This document shows, in pieces, positions 9,664-16,187 of a stretch of 64,000 bases of DNA. The notes under the pieces were generated by a model that was not told the DNA's origin, ran no database searches, and saw nothing but the letters and a program-made list of their open reading frames with translations. Position numbers and translations under genes: made by a program. Origin of the DNA: an uncultured Gemmatimonadota bacterium (GTDB lineage: Bacteria; Blakebacterota; Blakebacteria; Blakebacterales; Blakebacteraceae). Positions within the stretch are counted from its first letter, which is position 1; each line of letters opens with the position of its first letter. The stretch spans positions 62,001 to 126,000 of the forward strand of contig CAZNUA010000006.1 of NCBI GenBank assembly GCA_964576115.1. Direction: 5' to 3'.

Positions 9664-12600
9664 TTAGAACTCCGGTCCCAGGGCGATGTACCAGCGGGGT
9701 TTGCCGCTGATCGCGTTCAGGGTGTTCTTCCAGGCCACGTCGAACCTCAGGATAAAGAACCCGAGGTTCATGCGCGCGCCTAAACCGATACCGCTCCTGA
9801 TGTCTTCAAAAGCGGGCAGGAGCCCATTCCAGTTCAGCAGTCGTACGGTAGTGCCGGCATTCCAGGCCACACCCAGATCGCAGAAAAGCGCTCCCTGAAT
9901 GTTGCTGATGCGCAGGGGCAGAGGCCAGCCCAGGGCCAGCAACCGGATGAACTCGAAACGCAGTTCCAGGTTGGTCAGGGCAAAGCGGGAACCGCTGAAT
10001 TCGTAAAAGTCGTAACCCCGCAGGGGGGACTGAAAGCTGGCGAAATACAGGCTCTCGATGTCATAGAGTTCTGCTCGCGAATGACGCGGTCCCCACCAGT
10101 ACCCGTTTCCGCCCAGATAAAACCGCTGCGGTTCCCGTCCTTCGCTCACCCCCCCCGCCCCGCGCAGCACGAGCGTGAGTCCTTCGTCCAGAGACAGATA
10201 GGAACGATAGTCGGCGCTCAGGGTGGTGAATCGCAGCGTTTGATCTATCCAGGGAGGACTGGATGCCAGACCGATGCGGAAACGACGGCCGTTGATGTAT
10301 CCGGTTACCCCGGGCACGGTGTTGTCCCCGACCAGACTCAGCTCGGGGATGATGAGCTGACGGTACACGCGTTCGGCCGGTCCGGTCAGATAGATACGCC
10401 GCAGAATACCGATGAAACGGGTCTGCAGATCGAGGCGCAGGAAACGGCTGAAAGGCCAGGAGAGATAGAGCAGACCGCCCCCGGTCCGGTCGCCATAGAG
10501 CGATCCGGTGCCGTCGTAGGCGTAATAGAGGTAATTGTACCAGAACAGACTCGCCCCGACATTCAGGCGGCTTCCGAAGCCGGTCCAGGTGAACTGGTAA
10601 TTCGAGTTTTCGAGAGAGTTCCAGAGGCTCACCTGGGCCGATATGCGGTGGTTACCCAGAATATCGCTCATTTCCATATAGGAAGCGCCCGAGAGGCCCC
10701 AGTAGCTGTTGTAGCCGGCGTTCATCAATACCAGATCGGGCTCGAGGCGGAGCCGGTAGGGGTGTTCTTCACTGGCCAGCACCCCATGACCCAGCTCGCG
10801 CGTGAGCGGTATCTCTTCGCGCAGCTGGGCGCTGGGTTCGCGATAGCGGGAGGGGACGGGACGCGAAGGAGCCCGCAGGCGGGAAAGATCGAGCGGAAAG
10901 CGGGTGGAATCGCGCCGGGCGGGCAAAGCGGGCTGCACCGCTTCGGCGAAACGCTCCAGTTCCAGCTGCTGGACCAGACGGGTCGGGGCCGGTGCGCCCC
11001 TCACCGGGCTGTAGCGCGGAGCGTCCAGGAGCCAGAGATCGTAGCCGCCGTCATTGAAGGCGCTGAAGACCAGTTCGTCGGTCGCCGCACAGTACGAGAT
11101 CGCCTCCAGACCCGTGAGCACGTCGGTGACCGCCCGGATGTCACCGGTCGCCAGATCGCAGCGATAGAGATTGCGAATCCCCGATCGGAAGGAGATGAAG
11201 AAGAGTTCGTCGCTCTTCCGCCCCCAGTGCGGGTGCGTGTCGTCGAATGTCCCGGTGATGACCGGAAGGGTTCGGCGATCGGCTCGATCCAGCTCCATGA
11301 TCCAGATATTCCGGTCCCCGAAAGAAACCGGCAGGTCGAGGTGCCGGGGCTGCCGGCCGGGCAGGACCCTATCCGAAGCAAAGGCCAGACGGGTGCCATC
11401 GGGGCTCCAGGCGGGATTGCTTTCGTAGTCCTTCGAGTGCGTCAGGCGGGAGAAATCCCCACGGGAAAGATCGCAGAGGTAGAGATCGGACCAGCCGTCG
11501 CACACGCCTACGAAGGCGATCCGGCCCCCGTCGGGACTCCAGGCCGGCTCGTAGACGCCATCCAGCTCTGGATCGAGGATACGTTGGACCCGGCCGTTTT
11601 CGGCATCGACCACATAGATCCGATCCCGCACACCCCCCTTGGCAGCCACCGCCACCCGCTCGCCGTCCGGGCTCCACGACACGCCGCCCCGCAGGATATG
11701 CATCTGCTCGAACTGGCCGGTCCGCTCTCCCTTGCCCAGGCGGGTGATGACCGTCCGGTCTGTGGTCGAGATGATGTAGAGATCCATGAACCGGCTGCGG
11801 TTCGACAGGAAGGCCAACCGCTCGCCCTCCGGACTCAGCGCCGGAAAGACGTTGTACTGCGAGCCGTCCTCGTGATGGTCGGTCAGGGGCCGGGCGATCT
11901 CTTCGGGATGCGAACGCCCCTCGATCTCCGACCAGTAGGTCTGCTGCAGGAAACGTTGCCAGTCACGCGAAATCAATTCAACCGTCCGGCCGACGGTCGC
12001 GACCAGGGCCTGCTCGATATCGGGCACGAGACGCAGGCTCATTACCAGATCGCCGATCCGGCGCTGACCGTACGTCTGGGCCAGAAAGTGAAAGAAGGAC
12101 TGCCCGCCCTTGTAGGCCAGGAAACCGCCGTGAATATCCTGCAGTTCGGGCAGATATCCGTTGATGACCGCATCGCGCACGAAAGACTCGGCATCGGGAT
12201 CCCAGCCCATCGAGCCGTATTCGGCCAGCCCCTCGACGAACCAGATCGGCAGACTACCCGACTGGATCTGGCTCATCAGGCCGCCGATTCCCCGGCCGTA
12301 GATCATGGCCATCGAAACGGCGTGCACCAGTTCGTGGTTCAGAACGTGCCGGAAATCCGCATAGGAACCCTGGAAAGGCACCACCACCCGGTGCTTGAGG
12401 TATTCGGTGAAGCCTTCGATCCCCTCCCGGAGAAGGTTCGGAATCACATTGGTCTGCTGGAAGTCGTTATGGGAGTTGTAGAGAATGATCGGAACCCGGC
12501 GGGTCAGATCGTAGCGCCAGGCGCGGCGAAGTTCGTCATACACCTGCTCGGCGGCTACGGCAGCGAAACGGGCGATCTCTTCCCCGCCCTGGTGGTAATA

Positions 12601-12744
12601 GATGGTGAAGTGCTCGGTGGCGAATGTCGTCCAGGTAAAACGCCGGTACTGGACCTTGTTCTGTCCGAACCAGACGTCCTGGGCGGCCAGAGGCGCCGGG
12701 ATAGACCCGGCCAGGAGTATCAGGATGACGAAAGCCCGTTTCAT
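9664..12744 (-). CDS. Outer membrane protein: peptidase MA-like zincin + PD40/TolB beta-propeller + BamA/TamA (Omp85) barrel
   Basis: 'FGQNKVQY', 'HELVH..WFVEGLAE', several 'PAWSPDG..AF' repeats, Omp85 loop-6 motif 'PLRGY', C-terminal beta-signal 'WYIALGPEF'. Start 'MKRAFVILILL' at 12744. Confidence 0.85.
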   Translation of the reverse strand: MKRAFVILILLAGSIPAPLAAQDVWFGQNKVQYRRFTWTTFATEHFTIYYHQGGEEIARFAAVAAEQVYDELRRAWRYDLTRRVPIILYNSHNDFQQTNVIPNLLREGIEGFTEYLKHRVVVPFQGSYADFRHVLNHELVHAVSMAMIYGRGIGGLMSQIQSGSLPIWFVEGLAEYGSMGWDPDAESFVRDAVINGYLPELQDIHGGFLAYKGGQSFFHFLAQTYGQRRIGDLVMSLRLVPDIEQALVATVGRTVELISRDWQRFLQQTYWSEIEGRSHPEEIARPLTDHHEDGSQYNVFPALSPEGERLAFLSNRSRFMDLYIISTTDRTVITRLGKGERTGQFEQMHILRGGVSWSPDGERVAVAAKGGVRDRIYVVDAENGRVQRILDPELDGVYEPAWSPDGGRIAFVGVCDGWSDLYLCDLSRGDFSRLTHSKDYESNPAWSPDGTRLAFASDRVLPGRQPRHLDLPVSFGDRNIWIMELDRADRRTLPVITGTFDDTHPHWGRKSDELFFISFRSGIRNLYRCDLATGDIRAVTDVLTGLEAISYCAATDELVFSAFNDGGYDLWLLDAPRYSPVRGAPAPTRLVQQLELERFAEAVQPALPARRDSTRFPLDLSRLRAPSRPVPSRYREPSAQLREEIPLTRELGHGVLASEEHPYRLRLEPDLVLMNAGYNSYWGLSGASYMEMSDILGNHRISAQVSLWNSLENSNYQFTWTGFGSRLNVGASLFWYNYLYYAYDGTGSLYGDRTGGGLLYLSWPFSRFLRLDLQTRFIGILRRIYLTGPAERVYRQLIIPELSLVGDNTVPGVTGYINGRRFRIGLASSPPWIDQTLRFTTLSADYRSYLSLDEGLTLVLRGAGGVSEGREPQRFYLGGNGYWWGPRHSRAELYDIESLYFASFQSPLRGYDFYEFSGSRFALTNLELRFEFIRLLALGWPLPLRISNIQGALFCDLGVAWNAGTTVRLLNWNGLLPAFEDIRSGIGLGARMNLGFFILRFDVAWKNTLNAISGKPRWYIALGPEF

Positions 12745-12796
12745 GATCGTTTCACCGCGCGGTGACCGCAGGAAGAACGGCTGCAGGCGGCCCCTG

Positions 12797-12826
12797 TTGA
12801 CAACCGCCCGTCGTTCATCCGACACT
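12797..12826 (+). promoter_or_regulatory. Putative sigma70 promoter (TTGACA-N18-GACACT), probably leaderless
   Basis: Perfect -35; the -10-like hexamer ends 6 nt before ATG 12833; no SD. Confidence 0.4.
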
Positions 12827-12832
12827 GGCCTC

Positions 12833-13201
12833 ATGCGAGGCCTCCTCCCGATCATGCTGCTGGCCGCCGGGCTCACGGTTGCCTGTACCCGCAAAGCCCC
12901 CGCCCCCGCTCCCGAGGCCGGGCTGGTTCAGCTCTACTGCGATCTGGCTCTGCTGGCCGGCGATGCCGGACAACCGCCGCCCGACTCGGCCAGGGCCGCA
13001 ATATTCACTGCCTACGGTACCACCCAGGCGGCCTTCGAAGCCGCTCTGCAACCCTATCGGGACGATCCCCGCGGGTGGGTGCGCTTCTTCCAGGCCGTAC
13101 TGGACACGCTTCAGGAACGCATTGGAACGCCGCCACCGCCGACCGGATTCGTCCGACCGGGTCAGGGCAGCCGCGATCGCCCTCAGCCGCCCGGCGGGTG
13201 A
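12833..13201 (+). CDS. Small helical lipoprotein (DUF4296-like)
   Basis: Lipobox TVAC; 'DSARAAIFTAYGTTQAAFEAALQPY..P..W..FFQAVLDTL' resembles the DUF4296 pattern. Confidence 0.6.
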   Translation: MRGLLPIMLLAAGLTVACTRKAPAPAPEAGLVQLYCDLALLAGDAGQPPPDSARAAIFTAYGTTQAAFEAALQPYRDDPRGWVRFFQAVLDTLQERIGTPPPPTGFVRPGQGSRDRPQPPGG

Positions 13202-14412
13202 TTATCGTACCAGACTTCGTAGATTGCCCCCAGCAAAACGTCGCCTTTGCGCAACGCTGTTTCATCGAGATACAGGTTTTGATACGGAAAGTACCGGTAT
13301 CCCCCCGTCGCGGTATTCGGCAGAGTCGTCCCGCTCGGCTGGCTGTTGTCGGCTACGTATTCGATCTGTGTGTCCTGGCGCCAGACATTGAATGAGTTGA
13401 GCAGGACGATGGCCGGTTCGCCGACCCAGGTGTTGGCCAGGTCCCAGATCGCCCGGTAGGTACCCGCTTCGGCAGTCAGGGTGAGGGTCAGTTCCCGGGT
13501 GATGATCGGCCGCAGGATATCGCTCGAGGCCCGGTCGTTGTAGCCCGGCATGACCGTCGGGATAAGGGGGATGGGATCGTCCATACCCGCCAGGGTCTGG
13601 GTATAGGATTCCCAGAGATCCGCCAGATCCTCGATCACGCCCGATCCGGCCGGGTACCCGTCGTGGATCGTCAGGGTGGCCAGATCGATACCCGTCACCG
13701 CGTCCATGGCACTGATGCGGCTGAGATTGGGAACCGCGGAAGCGCCCCAGATGACCTCGTCGCCTATCAGATAAAAAGCTCCTCCGCCGGTACTGTCGGC
13801 GTAGGCCTGGCGCACGGCGTTCAGGGCGATCCGGGCATCCCCTGAGATTTTGTGCGTCTGACGCATGACGATGACCGGCAATCCGCCCAGGTGCAGGTAG
13901 TTCGGTAGACTGAAGAAGGAATCGTGGAAGAGCAGGAGATGGCTCAGCAGGCTGTCACGGGACGTCAGGCTGAGACCGAAACTGCCCGTTTCGGAGTCGC
14001 CGGCCAGGATGGTGGGAGTCTCGTACAGAATGCACCAGTCGATCAGGTCGAAAGCAGCGTCGGGGATCAGATAGTCGGTCAGCGTTTCGTGTCCCCAGGT
14101 TCCCGGACCGCGCCAGGCGACGCAGAAGAAATCGATCCCGGCCCCGGTTGCCCAGGTCACATGCTGCGAGATGACGCCGGCATCACGGCTAGAATATTCT
14201 CCCAGCAGCGGATGCTGTTCGCGAAGCAGACGTACCCTCAGATACTCCCCCGCCCAGTTGCGATTATTTCCCCAGCCCCCGTCTCCATCAGGACCGAGAC
14301 CGTCGCAACCCGGCGAGGCGAAAGCGATCAGAACCGCCGAGGCGACACCCGTCAGGGTGACGGCCCGGCGACTGTAGAACCGGCGTCGAGCTGTTCGTGT
14401 CCGGTTGAGCAA
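13183..14412 (-). CDS. Glycoside hydrolase family 99-like lipoprotein (apparently permuted; catalytic Glu pair substituted)
   Basis: 'PLLGEYSSRDAGVISQHVTWATGAGIDFFCVAW', 'PTVMPGYND', 'NSFNVWRQDTQIE'. Arg-rich (Tat-like) signal ending SPGC. Start TTG 14412 with GGAG SD (alternative GTG 14457). Confidence 0.75.
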   Translation of the reverse strand: MLNRTRTARRRFYSRRAVTLTGVASAVLIAFASPGCDGLGPDGDGGWGNNRNWAGEYLRVRLLREQHPLLGEYSSRDAGVISQHVTWATGAGIDFFCVAWRGPGTWGHETLTDYLIPDAAFDLIDWCILYETPTILAGDSETGSFGLSLTSRDSLLSHLLLFHDSFFSLPNYLHLGGLPVIVMRQTHKISGDARIALNAVRQAYADSTGGGAFYLIGDEVIWGASAVPNLSRISAMDAVTGIDLATLTIHDGYPAGSGVIEDLADLWESYTQTLAGMDDPIPLIPTVMPGYNDRASSDILRPIITRELTLTLTAEAGTYRAIWDLANTWVGEPAIVLLNSFNVWRQDTQIEYVADNSQPSGTTLPNTATGGYRYFPYQNLYLDETALRKGDVLLGAIYEVWYDNHPPGG

Positions 14413-14425
14413 ACCTTCTCCGTCT

Positions 14426-14566
14426 CTACGCGATCGGTCCGGGGGTGTGATCGACACGCCACCGGTGGCCGCGGATCAGAGTCCGGATGACGGCTCCCAG
14501 ACCCGCCAGTGCGGCCATTGCCGCGGCGATCCAGGCCCACCATCCATGAAGAACCCTGCTGATCAT
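14426..14566 (-). CDS. Small hydrophobic protein, 46 aa (below the ORF-track cutoff)
   Basis: Strong SD AGGAGGTG (14576-14583) 9 nt before ATG; MISRVLHGWWAWIAAAMAALAGLGAVIRTLIRGHRWRVDHTPGPIA, with one TM-like segment. Confidence 0.5.
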   Translation of the reverse strand: MISRVLHGWWAWIAAAMAALAGLGAVIRTLIRGHRWRVDHTPGPIA

Positions 14567-14741
14567 GCGTCCCGTCACCTCCTCGAGGTCTTCCGAAAAG
14601 GGTGGGCAAGCAGGTGCTGTCCATAATATACGACGCAGGACCGTCGGACATGTTCACGAATCCGGATCCAGCCCGGCGGGTCACTCCCGAACCGTTATCT
14701 GGCGCCGTTTCACGCCTTTTCCCCCGGGGTTCTGATTCACC

Positions 14742-14769
14742 TTGACCGCCGGGCCGAAAGCCGCATCTT
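14742..14769 (+). promoter_or_regulatory. Putative tRNA-Ala promoter (TTGACC-N16-CATCTT)
   Basis: Sigma70-like hexamers ending about 22 nt upstream of the tRNA. Confidence 0.4.
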
Positions 14770-14791
14770 GACGCAGGACCACAGTTTGCGT

Positions 14792-14867
14792 GGGGCTGTA
14801 GCTCAGATGGGAGAGCGCCTGAATGGCATTCAGGAGGTCAGGGGTTCGATCCCCCTCAGCTCCACCA
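14792..14867 (+). tRNA. tRNA-Ala (GGC)
   Basis: GGGGCTG..CAGCTCC-ACCA acceptor stem with G3:U70, anticodon GGC, TTCGATC T-loop; 76 nt. Confidence 0.98.
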
Positions 14868-14882
14868 GATCCAACCTGTTGA

Positions 14883-14909
14883 AGGGCAATCGCTTGAAGC
14901 GATTGCCCT
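14883..14909. terminator. Intrinsic terminator hairpin between convergent tRNA-Ala and serpin
   Basis: AGGGCAATCGC-TTGAA-GCGATTGCCCT, a perfect 11-bp stem followed by a T-rich tract on the + strand. Confidence 0.75.
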
Positions 14910-14920
14910 GTATCTTATTC

Positions 14921-16171
14921 TCAAAATCCCGTCACCTGTCCCATGAAGAGGATCGTGCCGGAGGCCTGCTCGCGGATGACGAACAGGAAGGGCCGATCTA
15001 TATAGATATTCAGGCTCGGGGTGACCGACGTCAGGGCGATCTCGACCACCGTCACGGCGGCGGCTTCGGTCCCCTCTTCGTCGACATCCACGAAGGCTTT
15101 CTGTTTGACCCGGGAGATCAGCAGTCCCCCCGGCCCGCCGGTACGCATGCGTTCGAAGTCGGCTGATCCGGTAAAGGCGATGCCCATCCCCAGTGCGGTG
15201 AGTACATCGTTGAGGGTGAATTCGTACTCGAGGATGAACCGGGGAAATTGCAGGAGATCCACTGTGCGTGTCTGCAGGGCATTGACCAGAGCCTGCCAGG
15301 TGTCGCGGTCGAGCCCATCTACGAACTCGGTCAGGCTCATCAGGCCGACCGGCATGATCACATCCATGCAGAACAGGGAGTCCCCGTAGGGCAGCTCGAC
15401 CATCTGGAGCATCTCATCGGCATAATACCGCAGGTCGGCATCGCCCAGACGCATGGCCGGAACCTGCGATGTGCTGCCGTCGAGATTGTGGAAGGGCCGC
15501 TCGTCTGTCAGGTCGGGATCGAACTGCCAGGTCCAGTCCCCCAGGAAATAGAGGGCGTTGATCAGGAACATGACCGTATCGGGTTCGATCGGGGGGGTGA
15601 TGATCTCGGTGATCTTCTCGTGCGTTTTCTCTGCGACCCAGGCGTTGATGGTCGGTGCGGCCGAGGCAGCCGAGAAATCGAGAGCCTGGATGACGGCGTC
15701 GAAACAGGTCTGGTTGGTGGCCACGAAGTCGGGCGCGATGTTGAATCCATCGCGGTACCAGATCGAGTTGGCGATCTCGAAGGTCACTTTCGGATCCAGG
15801 CCGGTAAGCAGGTCTATCAGAGAACGGTAGGCCTCGTTGATCTCCGCCTCGGTCAGACCGGATAGTTCGAGAGCCTGCTGCATGGCCGTATGGGTTTCGC
15901 CGTTGGCGCCGTTCAGAGTCATACCGAGGGCCATGGAAGCACTCAGCGGAGAGAGGAAGATATTCTCGGCTCCGACTTCGGCGGCGTGGGCCCGATAGAG
16001 CTTCAGACTGAAGAGGTTGCCGCTGGAAACGACCCTGGTCTCGCTCGGGGTGAGGGCGCGCGGCAATACTCCCCGCTGGGCGCCGGTGGGAGTGCGGGTA
16101 CACCCGGCCAGGGTGACAATGAAGGCCAGCGTGCACCCCGCCATACGGCGGCACCGAAGGACGCGATTCAT
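14921..16171 (-). CDS. Serpin (serine protease inhibitor), predicted lipoprotein
   Basis: 'NIFLSPLSASMALGM', 'LINALYFLGDW', hinge/RCL 'EEGTEAAAVTVVEIALTS', 'DRPFLFVIRE..GTILFMGQV'. Lipobox LAGC; AGGTGA SD before ATG 16171. Confidence 0.95.
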   Translation of the reverse strand: MNRVLRCRRMAGCTLAFIVTLAGCTRTPTGAQRGVLPRALTPSETRVVSSGNLFSLKLYRAHAAEVGAENIFLSPLSASMALGMTLNGANGETHTAMQQALELSGLTEAEINEAYRSLIDLLTGLDPKVTFEIANSIWYRDGFNIAPDFVATNQTCFDAVIQALDFSAASAAPTINAWVAEKTHEKITEIITPPIEPDTVMFLINALYFLGDWTWQFDPDLTDERPFHNLDGSTSQVPAMRLGDADLRYYADEMLQMVELPYGDSLFCMDVIMPVGLMSLTEFVDGLDRDTWQALVNALQTRTVDLLQFPRFILEYEFTLNDVLTALGMGIAFTGSADFERMRTGGPGGLLISRVKQKAFVDVDEEGTEAAAVTVVEIALTSVTPSLNIYIDRPFLFVIREQASGTILFMGQVTGF

Positions 16172-16187
16172 CTCGTTCACCTGCCTC

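Noticed and set aside
10081-12765. 894-aa plus-strand ORF
   Set aside because: Antisense shadow of the Omp85 fusion gene; no SD or domain motifs.
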